From the NCBI RefSeq assembly GCF_001194135.2, contig NC_068995.1:24491514-24555513 (forward strand): DNA of 64,000 bases. The letters run 5' to 3'. Position 1 is the first letter of the stretch; every line of letters begins with the position of its first letter. Source of the DNA: Octopus bimaculoides (taxonomy: Eukaryota). Positions 45,431 to 60,247 of this stretch are shown here, in pieces. The notes beneath the pieces are model-generated. The model was not told the origin of the DNA. It worked only from the letters and a program-made list of their open reading frames with translations, and did not search any database. The position numbers were made by a program, and so were the translations under genes.

Positions 45431-48400
45431 TGTTTGTACCAATAATATACACACACTTTTAAATTGTAGAACTATTTAAATCCCTCCTTATTATAAGGAA
45501 ACTGAAACATTGCCAGCCCTTTCTCTCGCCATCTATCATACCCTTCCCAAATAATTCATACTCCACAGTGGCTTGTACCCCAACCATTTTTTTGGAAGAA
45601 TGAAATAAAAAGTATGAGAGAGAATTGTTTTCTGTCAGAGTAGGGGATTGTCGTTTCTGTATCATTACAAACAGTATTCATCTTCATTGAAGGTAACATC
45701 ATTATATGTTGGCTAGTCTTGGGATTCAACAATTGAACTTCTATATTGTCTCTTAATATGCCAGAAATAGTGGCCATCAATTTACACTCTTGAATAAAGG
45801 ATATACTGGACAATATAGTTCTTGATATACAAATAGAGAGGATGGATGGTCATGGCTAGAGCACCTTTCATCATAAGTTTGTTTGATCAGGGATGATCTA
45901 CAGTTAAGCAACAACAAAGTTTACTTCCAGTCAAATAGGAGAGGTATTTGCTTTGTCGTTTTTCTTGCTAGAAATAGCAGCCAAATAACCTTCAAATTAT
46001 ATCCTATTTTAAACTAGGAAAGGACTCATTGGATAATGTAGTCTAATATTCACAAAGATAAAAATGAGGAAAAACTGCTTGGAGAGTAGTGTTTCTCTTA
46101 ATAATTCTTTCTAATGTTGGCACAAAGCCAGCAATTTTGAAGAGTGGGACAGTCTATTACATAAACCCCAGTGCTGGTACTTATTTTATCAACCCCAAAA
46201 GGATGAAAGATAGTGTTGAACTTGGCAGGATTTGAACTCAGTATGCAAAGAGTTGCAAAGAACTTTTCTGACACTAACATTACTGTCCACTCACCATCTT
46301 TCATTGACACAAAATGATTAAGTTTATTTAATATTTTTGTAATTTTTTTAATTAGAAATGCTCAACTTTACAAGCTGGCAATGTTCAGCAAATATTTTTT
46401 CAGTTCTCTTTGTACATGACAAGTTCAGCTACAAACTAAATATGAATTTATGTTGGTAAGAGAGAGGAAAAAGAAAAAAAAAACCCACTTGGAAACTGAA
46501 AGCATTATGAACATGCAACAAAATACACTTCTTTTTCAGGCCTGTCTCTCTTTCTTATCAATAACTGCCAATCAATAATGCAGACGTCCAAACTACTCTA
46601 TTTTTAATACTGCAAATTGACGTCATAGTTTCACCAAATGGCACTGAACCAGCAGACAAACAAACCTTTATTTCCTTTCGCTATTTAGAGTACTTTAATT
46701 AGGAGAACATTAGCAGTTATCAGTATATTGACTACTAAATCTCTCCATTATCTCACTACTTACTCTAGGGGGTGCATATTTCAATTCAAAATTTCAAGAT
46801 AAAACTGATAGACTAGATTGGAGGTCAGTCTATCAAAGAAGTTCAATTCTGATTAAAAAGTTAAAGTGATTAATATAACCTGATAACCAAACTATATCCA
46901 CATTGTTATCAATGATATGATGTTTCCCACTCTCAAAGGTTCAGTTCACTTAGCTCTGAATAAGTATAATGAGTGGCTCAATTTACTACTGTTGATGGCA
47001 GGGGAACTGTGTAATTGATGAGTGTTTTATTAGTATGTAATTCTAAGTTCTAATCTTCTCATGAGCAAAATCTGTGACTGAATATCATTCCTATTCAGAG
47101 TCAGAGAATAGAGTATTAGATATTTAATTGTAGTCCTCATCTGTAGCTGGACACAACTGGGAAGCCAGTAATGTACATAAAAATCTACAACAGAAGGTCC
47201 TCGTTTTCAAATTAGGTTCAGTCATCTGATTTTCTTCAAAATGTCTCACATCTTACTGTTCTTTATCAATAACCCTGAATTGTACACTTATATAGATCAA
47301 TAGGAGTGTGTGTGTGTGTGTGTGTGTGTTGACTGAACCTGTCCTAGTATCCCGAGTATTTTGTATGTACCCCTATTAACTGTTGAGTTTGAGGGTGATG
47401 AAAGGTGTTTCTGCATTTCATTAAGTGTAAATATATTAGTGTGAGGCTGGTGGAGTTTTATTGAGTTTGTGCTGTGTAAAGTTTGATGCAAAGAGGGCAG
47501 CAAATATAGAAGCTTTCTCCACAGGAAGACTGTTTCTGAAGCCATTATGGTTGGGTAGGGATTGATTGAAGGATTACAAAAATATTATTTTGGCAACTAA
47601 CCAAAATAACTAGCAATGATTTGGAAGTAGAACAACATGCAAGCTATGCAATGCATGAGCAAGTCCTTTAGATTGTTTTTAATTGTTGTCTTAGAAGAGT
47701 TGCCATAGTGAATAAAACCCACCCAGTGATAGAAATTAATGATTTTTTTCCCCAGTTATTTTAGGCCTTGTTCTTTGCTTGTACTGGTGCAGAGCAACTC
47801 TGTATGAACCAGTCAGTATATTTGCATCATGGGCCTTGCTTATCGGAGAAGTTTTAACAAGCATAAAGATTATTTAGCAGATTTGGATTAGTAAGAGTGA
47901 AGCACACTTATTGCTAGATACAGTTAGCATAAAATTAGCAGACCTCTGACTAGCTAACAGGAAGTGCTGTGATATTCTGGAAGGAAGGTTAACAATGATT
48001 AGATAGTGATTAGATGATTCAACAGATGTTAAGATGGTGGAGTTTGGAAAAGCTAGGTTTTAAGGAGAGAAGAGATTAAGGTTTGAAGTGTTCTTGTTGA
48101 TCAGCATACATGTAGCTGACAAGGCTGTCTTATCACATGGACATCCAAAAGTGTTGCTTATGGGCCTCAAGATTTAATCTGAAAAACAAAGACTAAGGTC
48201 CATATTATTCTTATTGTATTGTCCCAAGTCAACTTTGATCAAGCAGTTCTGTGGTGCATAGATAGACCGACTTCTCTCTTAATGTGGACTGCACTAAACA
48301 CATGCGGTACTAAATTCTATGATATACAGGGTGACAGTCTGAGCTTAGTGTGCTTTCTCCACTGTCGTATCCACTCCTGTGTGTCTGCAGGTTCTGGTTG

Positions 48401-48689
48401 TGTACATCAGAAGCAGATAGGGTTAACACAGTTGTCTCACTGAACCTGGTGGAGATGAATAACCCAGCATGGAGTTAGAAGCTAGTGAGGTTGTAGATGT
48501 TGCAGCTATATCTGCATTGTTAAATCAACAATGTAGATATAGTTGCATCATCACAGAAATAGCAGCTGTGACATCACAGTCAGCATTGTTCACAAAAGAA
48601 ATCAGTGTGATTTCTGTTACCTACTTTCTTGTTTCTAGAGATTTGGTGTTTCATAGAGAATCAAATTATTGACTTCTCAAGAAACAGAA

Positions 48690-49800
48690 ATTTTCTGGGC
48701 ATTCTTGTACTATTGAGTGGATTTGACTCATTTTTGCAAGAACATTTAAAAATGTATGAAATTAGCAAACATTTGCAAAGTATTTATTGAAATAATGGAA
48801 GAAATCTAAAAGTCAAAGTATTATTCTGTAAGTGTTAATTCTACTGAAGACATCTTAAATATTGATCAACTGATATTTACTGTTTGATACATTTGTGAAA
48901 GTGAGCTGATGTAATGTTCTGCCAAATTCATCTCCATCTTTTCTCACTATGCAAAGAATTTTAGAAGAATTTACCATTTTCAAACTTTTTTTGGTCAGTC
49001 TCACAACAATGCTTCAAATATGTCAGGACACTAAACTGGATTGAATTTACTACCCATAACTATTTATCTTCCATCAAGTTCTGACTGTGCTGGATGCAGT
49101 TTAAACTCCGTGGGAGTAAAATCAACACAATGTGATCTACTGAACATCTTTGACTTTGTTCAGTACTTATATTCTTTTTTATCTGCTCTCACACATTACT
49201 GGAATGTTCTGACATCATACTTTGGAAAGAATCATGTTGTGTTCATCTCTTTAGTAGAAGATGGTCGGCACATTTTGATGGTGTTACTATCCTTTGTGGG
49301 GGCTTTGAAAAAATTCCAGATTCATTGGATAAAGAATGAAACGCATGACACTAGGCAAAAGGATTGAAGAAGAAAATGGAGAAATGGAGACTGGAATGAA
49401 AGAGGGATCAAAACAACTTAAATATTACAATCAAAAGATGTGGATATGTTTGTTGTTATTGATCTCCTCAAGTCTCTGAAAGCTTGTCTTTTAGAAATGA
49501 AAACTTAAATTCAGTGAGTTTGTAGTGAAAAGTAGATGCTGCTGTTCAAATTTTAAACTTAGTGATTGAGACAGATGTGCCAGAAAGGGAAGTGTACACC
49601 TTACTCAATATGATGGATCGTTCAAGATTAAAACATCTCTTTCTGACTAAACATGTAGAAGCCTATGGAAATATCAGTTATCTGTTTTCTTTGTTTAGTC
49701 AGTTAAAAGCAGTTGACTGTAATGAATTTAGTCAAAGATGTGAAAACTTGTCTTAATGAATGAATTACACAATGAATTCAAGACCTTCCAAACATGCACA
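48690..49800 (+). mobile_element. hAT-superfamily transposase fossil (ZMYM1/DUF4371-like)
   Basis: Degenerate motifs LSGFDSFLQEH, KSKYYSVSVNSTEDI..IDQL, GQSH.NASNMSG, CAGCSLN.VG, RWSAHFDGV. Many stops. Confidence 0.65.
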
Positions 49801-50129
49801 GCAAATACATTTCAGATAAGCTGAAACCACATTCAGAATATTTATAGACATAATAGGAACCAACTATACTCGGGCACATAAATTGTTCAGGTAGAAAATA
49901 GAATTCTTTTTACAACATGAGACAGTAAGAGTTGGGTCTACCTTCCTTTTCACATTGAAAGCAATATCCTCCAGAACATAGAATTTCACCCTTTTATGAA
50001 ATGAAATGCTGCAAATTTTATAGTTGTAAAACTTTAAAGTATTGCAGACAAGGGAAGTTAAGTGGAGATGAATGGCTTGTGAGAGTTATACAAGTTGTGT
50101 ACAAAGATGCAGTAAATTAAGTGAGAGTC

Positions 50130-50428
50130 AATCATGATTTCAGTGATGAATCTAGTGTGAGGGTAGGAGTCCATCAAAACTCAGTCCCCAATCCTCTCCA
50201 ATTCATCATGATCCCATAATACATTCTCAGAGAAGTTTACAACTTCTGTAGGAATTTCTCTATACTGAAGATCTAGTTCTTATAGCTGAATCAATAGGGT
50301 AATTATATGGGAAGTTTCAGGCATGGAAGCTAAATTGAAAATTGCAAAGTCTTAAAAGACAAAAGGTTTAGTAAATAGGAAAGAAAGCAGAAGCTTGATA
50401 TCTTTGGAGAAACTGTTTTGCTTGATGT

Positions 50429-50462
<34 letters not shown>

Positions 50463-51600
50463 AGTAGGTATAAACTTCATAAAGTTTCCCCATTGTAAGC
50501 TATGGATACATGAGATGTCGTAGAATCACAGGCAGACTAACTGAAAATGTAAGCTTTGTTTGTGATAGATGCACTGGAGCAGTACATACTCTGAACACAC
50601 TGGAAATAGATTCTCTTAAATGCCTGGATGGCTCACTAGCAGTAATCAATAGCTTTTGTTACCTTAGAGATATAATTAGCAAGTGCAGTGGTTGCTCTGA
50701 AAATATAATAGCCAGGGTAAGAATAGGCAAGAGAAAGTTCAGGGAGCTACTATCACTACTAGCAACGAAGGTCTTTTCACTCATAATTAAGTAAGGGTAG
50801 ATTATATGATACAGTTTAGGGAAGTGCTAATCCGTTAATGTGGATGGAACTTTCAGAAGAGGGAGTCCCTAGAAGACATAGGACGCAGTGGTGAGGGCTG
50901 ATCTCAGGGCCTTGAGTGTTGCAGAAGAGATGACAAAGGACCAAGATGATACTTAAGGCAGCGAGCTGGCAGAATCGTTAGCACGCTGGGCAAAATGCTT
51001 AGCAGTATTTCATCTGCCGCTACGTTCTGAGTTCAAGTTCTGCCGAGGTCGACTTTGCCTTTCATCCTTTCGTTGATTAAATAAGTACCAGTTATGCACT
51101 GGTGTCGATGTAATTGACTTAATCCCTTTATCCTCGTTTGTCTCCTCTATGTTTAGCCCCTTGTGGGCAATAAAGAATTATATATGGTACTTGTGTTAGA
51201 GCTGTGATGCTGCATGGTATTGAGACATGGGCCTTCAATGCAGGGAATTTGAAAAGACTGGAAGGAAATGAAGTGAGCATGCTCCATTGGATGGGTAGTG
51301 TAGGTGTGTATGAATGACATAGGGCAAATGGGCTGAGAGAAAAACAGAGGAATCAGATGTAGGAAAGAAGTCTGTGCAGGTGTGGACATGTACATCAATG
51401 AGGATTAGCTGTTTAGGGAAGTGCTGATCACTTAATGTGGATGGAACTTTCAGAAAAGGGAGACCCTAGAAGACATAGGATGCAGTGGTGAGGGCTGATC
51501 TCAGAGCCTTGAGTGTTGAAGAAGAGATGACAAAAGACCAGGATGACTGGCAACATGTGGTTCTTGAGAAGACCCACCAAACTCAGCAAAACTAAGTTCT
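50130..51600 (+). mobile_element. RTE-clade LINE 3' fragment interrupted by a SINE B plus a duplicated block
   Basis: CKLWIHEMRCRRITGRLTENVSFVCDRCTG...SFCYLRDII...KFRELL. SINE B at 50955-51178. Confidence 0.75.
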
Positions 51601-52390
51601 GGAAGTACTGTGTGTGTTCTACACAATGAGAACTTTTGCCTAATTTCCTCTTTAAGTCATCGCCAAAACCCATCATCTTTCTAACTGCAGGGTTTCACTG
51701 ATTCCACTTATGTTACTCCCTAATCAGAACCATTCTTCATTCTTGATACTGACATCGCTACCCACATTTTATATTAATCACCCACCTGAAACACCAAATT
51801 ATCTCCTCCTCTCTCACAATATAGCTTTCACTCTCTGTATGCACAATGCCTGCCTCTTTCTTCCCCCACATTCATGCAATCCATCAAGCTACACATAATC
51901 TCTCTCTCTCTCTTCCTTCCCCTGCCTATCATTACTAATCTATTGCTCTTCACCCCCATGCATCACTGTTAACCCCACCCCACCCTTTATCCACCATTCA
52001 CTGTATCCATCCCTCAACCATACCTAATCTCTATAGATATTTCCTATTCTCTCCTTCTCCCTCTACTTATTTTCCCTTAACATTTGTCCTTCATTCATTG
52101 TATTCTACTCTCATCCCCTTCACCTATTCCCCATCTCTCATTCTCCAGTATGGTCTTGTAATTCTACCCTCATACATCCATTTCTTTGTCATTTCTCACT
52201 TCTACTCATCTCACAGCTTCAGGATTCACCCAGACCCTACTACTTTTATTGCTTTCCAGCTCCACCCAATTACTCCCAACCACTCTTCTGAAATGCAAGT
52301 AGCTGATTAGATTCTCTACAGACTTGTTCTGCTCTGACTCCTTCTTTCATACTTTAACCCCTTGTTTTCTAGTATAAAGCCACCTGGTGA

Positions 52391-52711
52391 AGGTGCATGG
52401 CTTAATGATTAGAAATATTTGGCTCATGATCGTAAGGTTGTGAGTTCAATTTCCAGTGGTGCATTGTTTCCTTGAGTAAGACACTTTATTTCACTTTGCT
52501 CCAGTCCATTCAGCTGGCAAAAATGAGTAGTACCTGTAATTCAAAAGGACCAGCCTTGCCAAATTCTATGTCATCTTGAGTCTCCTTGAGAACAACATGA
52601 AGGGTACACATGTCCGTGGAGTGCTCAGCCTCTTGTATGTTAATTTCACAAGCAGGCTATTCTCTTGATCAGATCAACAGCAACTCTTGTTGTCATATCC
52701 AATAGAGTGCC
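52391..52711 (+). mobile_element. SINE family C
   Basis: tRNA-like head plus the same core as 213-573. Confidence 0.75.
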
Positions 52712-53166
52712 ATTAAATCCACCCCCCTCCCTCAGAGTTCTTTGTCTTATAAGCTGCTCAGCAACCTCACTATTACTGGTATCACAAAAAGAAGCACCCA
52801 GTACTTGCTGTAAAGTGATTGGTGTTAGGAAGGGTATCTAGCCATAGAAACCATGCCAAAGCAGACATTGGAGCATGATGCAGTCTTTGGACATCATTAC
52901 ATCAAATCAAACTGTTCAACTCATGCCACTTTCAAACATAAATGTTAAATGATGATGGAGAAATGTGAAATATGAAATGTGAAATAATTATTCAATACAA
53001 ATTTTTTTTCTTAACTTTTTATTCAATAATTGATGAACAATCAGTTAAAACAATGATAACAGTGAGTGTAATAAGGTAAGCCAATATAATTAAGGTTTGA
53101 TAATCATACAGTCTGTTTTACTGATTTTTCTTTCATATTTCATGTGTGAGTGTGTGTGTATGTATG

Positions 53167-53197
<31 letters not shown>

Positions 53198-53758
53198 ATA
53201 ATCACATTTATATATACAGATACCTATTAGCACACACACAGACACACTCCTCTATACACAGGCATAAATGGTCATACACTTTTTATATCTGTATAGACAT
53301 CAATGCATACACACCTATCTACCAAAATATATATGTACATACTTATTCGTTGCATAGAGTGATTGGTTTATTTCACCAAATTTTCCACTTATACAGAGAA
53401 GAAAGCAAGAACTTTTGTCAGCTTATTTTAAAAATATTTTTGTCATTTTTACATTTATATATTTTTTCAACAATAATATATACAAAATGGCTATAACATA
53501 CTTGCTTTTTTTTCTTTTTGCTATTATTTATTTTTTTTTTGTAAGTTTTGGGATATATTTTTTTAGAATTTTTTATTTTACAAACAAAAACAACTGTTTA
53601 ATTCAAAAACAGTTCTATAAAGAACATAGAGTGAGAAGGAAAAAGATAGAATTGATCTTTTCTTAGGCACTCAGTCTGTCAATCATTTTCATTTAAGCAT
53701 GTCAGTGAGACCAACCTCCTGCAGATGGTTTGTAGCTTGCTGCAATGTGCAGCAAGAA

Positions 53759-53865
53759 TCAGAACAGTGTAGTGCTGCAAGGCCTGCTTTGCAGCAATAA
53801 AGCCTGGTCCACAACATCATTAATTGAAAAATCTTCTGGTGACAACACAACCATAGGTGGAATCA
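53759..53865 (-). CDS. Candidate terminal exon of the unidentified minus-strand gene
   Basis: After a (CT)n tract: tgtatgaag|(V)IPPMVVLSPEDFSINDVVDQALLLQSRPCSTTLF*. Phase 1 is compatible with 60783-60860. An alternative acceptor at 53835 keeps the same frame. Confidence 0.35.
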
Positions 53866-55088
53866 CTTCATACAAGAATATCAGAGAGAGAGAGAGAGAG
53901 GTTGAAGTTAAAACTGCATAAAGGCACATGACGACGTAGCTGTGTGTTAAAATAGGTATCAAGATGATAATAGAACAATTAGAGTATCATGCTGATGTAA
54001 ATTCAGAAGCACTTGTAAAATGTTATAACAAGAGATAGATAGAAATATATTAATAATATACAGTTGATACCTAATAGGGTGTGCTGAATATTATAAAGAA
54101 AACATGAACAATGTTTTACAAAATAAATGCCTTGTGCTTTTATTATGTTATATAGTTTTTTATGACTAGTACTGAAAATTTGAAATAGAAATAGAGGTGC
54201 ATTAATAGCATTTAAATGTTTTCTAAGTTTTGGGAAGACTGAAAGCTTGTGTTTAACTCCAGTTCTCAGGCTAGAAGTAAGTGAAAAACAACCATTTTAT
54301 GGATAAGATACCAACTTATCACTGATAGGATGGTAAGATTCCCAGATGTCGAGGTATTTATTTCTAATAGCTAGTTGGATTGCCCGGAAAATACAATAAA
54401 AGCTTAGCAACAGATTTGAACCCATAATCTATGCATTGGTAGTCCATACCTTATCCATTCAGTTATTTCGCTTCTGCATTAGCAACATATTCTAAATCTA
54501 TACAACCAATAGAGAGACAGACAGACAGTGTAAATTTAATACGGCATAAAGGCACGTAATCTGTTTAGCTTACAGTTGTAATAAGGAGTGTTTAAAATAT
54601 GACATGAGACTAGTTGTAGCATGTCTACTTGTTTTAGCTATTTCGTTCAATAGTAAATGTATTAAAATAGAACAATGTGATCAAATCTATAAATTATGAA
54701 CACTTGCAATATGCTCATTTAAAGATAATATCTATCCACAATAAAGCTGATGGTAAGATTTTCTCACAATTGGATATTTTCTTTTGAGTCTTAATATTTT
54801 CAATTAGCATTGATATTTTTACAAATGCCCTATATAAGTTTGAGGAAGTCTGTTATATGTATATATGTATAGAGTCATACTAGTATAAGTATGTTTAACA
54901 GTAGTGATGGTGTAGCTTCTTTAGTTGATACTGATATTTATATAATGTCATTCAAATTCTGCTGAGGTCGACATTAGCATTCATCCTTATGAAGTCAAGA
55001 AATTAAAGTATGAGTCAAGTACTTGGGGTGAAATAATTGGCAACACTTCTCCACCAAAACAAGTCTGAAACTATTAATTTTACTTTAA

Positions 55089-55294
55089 CCCTTTGGCCTT
55101 TAAACCAGCCATATCACACTCCAATATTCTACACATTTTATGCTTAAACTGGCCAGATTCATACAATGTCAATCTAAAAATTTGCAATTACATTATTAAA
55201 ATCTCAAAGCTATGAGATAATGCATGATTAATTCAAACCAATTTGAATAAACAAACATTTTTATGTTTGACAAAGCAATATGAATGCTAGAAGT
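55089..55294. mobile_element. piggyBac-type MITE (inverted relative of 33989-34208)
   Basis: TTAA|CCCTTTGGC...GCTAGAAGT|TTAA with shared internal blocks. Confidence 0.7.
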
Positions 55295-55463
55295 TTAATG
55301 AACTATGGATGTACCTATGATAATGTGCATTATTGTTCCTAAATGTTCATTTTGTAAGATCACATAAAACCTACGTGCAGTTTACCTGCAACATTTGTAG
55401 CATATCTTGCATTGTCTACCTTCGTGTTATCTTAGAAACACCACAAGCCAAATCAAAAAAAGG

Positions 55464-55498
<35 letters not shown>

Positions 55499-57554
55499 CT
55501 GCTCAAACCTTTAAGCATTTAGATTATTCTGTCCAATGTAATGCGTATTTATCACATTGTCTTGAATTAACGAGAGGTAATATTTTTCCGTACTTAAACG
55601 TAGATGTTGTGTTAGAACAAACTATACTGTGAAAGAAACCCCCATATTGGCTTTTGGTGCAAAATGCATTCTTGTTAATATTACTAGTGAGTAATTCTAA
55701 ATTAATCATACATTATCTTGAAGCTTGAAGTTGTGGCACACAACTCTCCCTACTCCACACTACCAATGTTTATCCAAGGAAAAGACCGTTGATTTGGGTT
55801 GAAACACGTTGGCACCAGTATTGTTGCAGGTGATACACCACAAGAAGCCAGGTCAGATACTGCAAGGCATCGAGCTTGACTCTTACAATTGAGTTAACCC
55901 ACTATTCCAGATTAGCATAATTCTTTGAAAAATTAGTAGATGCATAAAAATTAAGTACTTTGTTTCCAATCACATAGTCTCGGGTTTAGTTCCATTGTGG
56001 GCAAATGTCTTCTATTGTAGCTTTGAGCCAACCAAAACCTTGTGAGTGGATTTGAATGACAGAAACTGAAAGAAGCCTGTTGCATGCATGTGTGTGTATT
56101 GATGTTTATGTCTGTGTTTATTCCCCACCACCATTTGACAACTGGTGTTGGTGTGTTTATGTCCTTATAATTCAGCAAAAAATGCACCAAGCTTTAAAAA
56201 ATAAGTACTGGAGTTGATTCATTTGACTAAAATTGCTCAAGGTGGTGCCCCAGCATGGCCACAGTCTGAAACAAGTAATAGATTAAAGATAAAATATGAG
56301 TCTTTCAGGAGATTTCCTTGATATCTTGAAGACCTTATCAATTATAACACATTACTTGTTAACAACAAATATCTTTGTAATGAATTCAACTGAATATTCT
56401 TACTACGAAGAAGAATATATTGATATTGTTATGAGCAATACCAGATTGATTAAATCAGTTTCTTTTTTGATGGCTTAGTCAGAGGACAAAATATAGTATG
56501 GCTGCACCCATTAGATTCTTCAAGATTAGTGGGAAGAAGAGAGGAAGTTAAACTTAGACCGAAAACTGGCTAGAATGCTTGCAAAAGAGTGGCTTGCTTA
56601 GTCTACTGTCCAGATTGTAGCCCCACCATTTCGTTTCTTATCATATTCACTGATATTTTTATACTATTTGAATGATAACTACAAAAGCACAACCAAGGTT
56701 TTTATCCAAATACTTTAGTGTTCAAAATAGTTCCAAGTCAATTCTTTTCCTTTCTATTTTCGTGCCTCAAATAGTTTATACTTAGGAATTTTTTTGATGT
56801 TTTATTGATATATAATATTGGTTTCAAATTTTGGCACAAGGCTAGCAATTCTGGGGCAGGGGGTAAATCAATTACATTGACCCCCAGTGCTCACTTGTTA
56901 TTTATTTTATTGACCCTGAAAGGATGATAGGCAAAGATGACTTCAGCAAAATTTGAACTCAGAATGTACAGACTGACAAAAGGCCACTAAGCATTTTGGC
57001 CAACATGCTAACACTTCTACTAGCTTGCTACCTTTAATGATACACAATATAACCATTATTTTATTTACTATTTTGTTTTATAACCATTTTACAAACAGAG
57101 ACATAGTAAAGAAAGGCCAGAAAGGTAAATACATAAACAGATGGAAAGAGAGAGAGCGAGAGGGCGTGTATATAGACACATTGAAGATTCTGCATGTGTT
57201 TCTCTCTCTCTATACACACACACACACACACACATACATACAAACATTTATTTATACACACACACACACATACACACACACAGATACACATACAATATTA
57301 GTGATGTTTATAGAAGAAAGAAGAATTAATGAATAAACAGAAATTTTTAGAATTTGAGAAAGCTTGTTTAAGTTAGGTTAGTTGTTTCATTGTTTCGAGT
57401 TGAAATACTGCCAGGGTCAGTATTGTACAGCATCGCTAAAGGAAGAAATACCAGTTATTCTAGGAGTAAAATGTGTGATAAAAGTAATTATTTTATTCTT
57501 TTATGAACAGTGTCTCATAGAAAAAGAGACTGAATTGTCTTGGTTGTGTGATTT

Positions 57555-57615
<61 letters not shown>

Positions 57616-57834
57616 CAACTGATTTACTTTGTTTTAAGACATCAATAAATAGGAAAGAACAAGTCATAACAGTCTGTTTGTAGTAAAAAGATTATTTTTA
57701 TAACTATAGGACCTGTCTTATGAGATGGAATTATTTGTTGGGCAAGCTAATTAAACTGGCTAGTATATTTGTTTTAAGCAACCTGACTAAAAAGAACAAA
57801 GTTTAATTGTTAAGAAAAAAAATAAAAAAATGTA

Positions 57835-58240
57835 AATGGGGCGTGGCTGTGGTAAGAGGCTTGCTTCCCAGCCACATGGTTCTGGGTTGTCTCATTGCAT
57901 GACAGCTTGAGCTAGTGTCCTCTACTATAACCTCAGGCTGACCAAAGCCTTGTGAATGGATTTGGTAGATGGAAACTGAAAGAAGCCTGTCACACACACA
58001 TATATCTATGTGTGTACATGTTTTTGTGCCTGTATTTATCCCCTGCCACCACTTGACAACCGGTGTGGGTGTGTTTACATCCCCATAACTTACTGGTTTG
58101 GCAAAAGATTTTAGAATAAATACCAGGCTTAAAAGAAAAATAAGTCCTGGGGATGATTCATTTGATTAAAAATTCTTGAAGGTGGTGCCCCAGAATGGGC
58201 ACACTCTAATGACTGAAACAGGAAAAAGATAAAAGATAAA
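57835..58240 (+). mobile_element. SINE family A (full length)
   Basis: Family A head, body and tail. Confidence 0.85.
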
Positions 58241-58529
58241 NNNNNNNNNNNNNNNNNNNNNNNNNNNNNNNNNNNNNNNNNNNNNNNNNNNNNNNNNNNN
58301 NNNNNNNNNNNNNNNNNNNNNNNNNNNNNNNNNNNNNNNNNNNNNNNNNNNNNNNNNNNNNNNNNNNNNNNNNNNNNNNNNNNNNNNNNNNNNNNNNNNN
58401 NNNNNNNNNNNNNNNNNNNNNGCCCTTTCTGTACACATAACTAACTATTACAGTGGAAAAAAAGTTAAGGCATTTAGTCTGGGACACTGTTAGTTATTCA
58501 CTGTTCCAAATGATAATTATTTCTAGTAA

Positions 58530-59465
58530 AAGCACAAGGCCTGAATCTTAGGTTAGTCAATAGCATCAACACCAGTATTTAGCTGGTACTTTATTTCGTT
58601 GACCCTGAAAGGCTGAACTCAGGGAGTAAAGGGTTAAAACAAATACAAGGCATTTTCTCTGATGCTTTAATGATTCTTAATAATAATGATAATAATAATA
58701 ATAATAATAATCCTTTCTACTAAAGGTATAAGGCCTTGAAATTTTGTGGGAGGAGGCTAGTCGATTAGATCAATCCCAGTGCTTGACTGGTACACATTTC
58801 ATCAACCCTGAAAGGATGAAAGGCAAAGTTGACCTCGGTGGAATTTGAACTGTAATAATAATAATAATAATAATAATCCTTTCTACTGAAGACACAAGGC
58901 CTTGAAATTTGGTGGGAGGAAACTAGTCGATTACATCGACCCCAGTGTTTCATGGGTACTTAATTTATTGACCCCGAAAGGATGAAAGGTAAAGTCGACC
59001 TCAGCAGAATTTGAACTCAGAATGTAAAGCTCGCTGCCTTTATTTAAGATAATAATAATAATGACAATGATTTCAAATATTGGCACAAGACCAAAACTTT
59101 CAGGCAAAGAAGCAAGTCATTTACTTCAACCCCAGTACTTATTTTATCAACCTCAAAATGATGAAAGGAAAAGTAGGCCTTGGCAGAATTTGAACTCAGA
59201 ATATGAAGACAGACAAAGTGCTGCTAAGCATTTTACCTGGCATGCTAATGATTCTGCCAGTAGTAGTAGTAGTAATAATAACGATAATGGTTTCAATTTT
59301 TGGCTCAAGGCCAGCAAGCTTGGAGGAGAAGGTAAGTCAGTTATATTGACCCCAATGACCTGAAAGAATGAAAGGCAATGTTGAACTCAGAACACAAAGA
59401 CAGAAAAGATGCTGCCTGGTGTGCTAATGACTCTGCCAGCTCACCACCTTAATAATAATAATAAT

Positions 59466-59498
<33 letters not shown>

Positions 59499-60175
59499 AG
59501 TTTCTGATTTAGGCTCATGGCTAGCAATTTTGAGGGGGAGGCAGCTAATTAATATCATTGATCCCAGTATTCGATTAGTATTTTATATTATTGACGCTGA
59601 AAGGATGAAAGGTAAAGTTGATTTGAGTAGGATTTGAAATTTGAACATAGAGAGCTGGAACAAATACTGCAAAACATTTTTTCAAATGCTCTCACAATTC
59701 TGCCAGTTTACTACCTGAATAATAATTATAATGATTATTTCAAGTTTTTGGCACAAGGCAATTTTGGGTAAGGGGTTCGTCGATTCCACTGACTGATATT
59801 CTATTGAACCAGAAAGGATGCAAGGCAAAGTTGACTTTGGCTGGATTTGAACTCAGAACCTAAAGAGCCAGAACAAGTAGAGAAAGGAATTTTCTCTGAA
59901 GCTCTAATGATTCTGACAATCCACCACACTACTATTCTTAATAATAATAATAATCTTTTTTACTAAAGGCACAAGGCCTGGAATTTTGTGGGAGGGAACT
60001 AGTCAACTATATCGACCCCAGTGTTTCACTGGTACTTAATTTATCAACACTGAAAGGATGAAAAGCAGAGTTCACCTCGGCAGAATTTGAGCCCAGAATT
60101 TAAGAATAAATGAAATGCCGCTAAGCATTTTGTCCTGCATGCTAACGATTCTGCCAGCTCGCCACCTCTATTAAA
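58530..60175 (-). mobile_element. Train of ~8 head-to-tail SINE family B copies separated by (AAT)n/(AAC)n
   Basis: Units start at ~58530, 58711, 58877, 59070, 59290, 59500, 59738 and 59954. All have the same orientation but are mutually diverged. Confidence 0.88.
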
Positions 60176-60179
60176 AATG

Positions 60180-60247
<68 letters not shown>

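Noticed and set aside
53690-53835. Alternative frame of the candidate terminal exon (KIFQLMMLW...QEVGLTDMLK*)
   Set aside because: It needs a phase-0 junction, which does not fit the upstream candidate exon ending in phase 1. Not excluded if further exons intervene.
56296-56478. 60-aa ORF (NSTEYSYYEEEYIDIV...)
   Set aside because: No splice-phase link to either gene and no recognisable domain.
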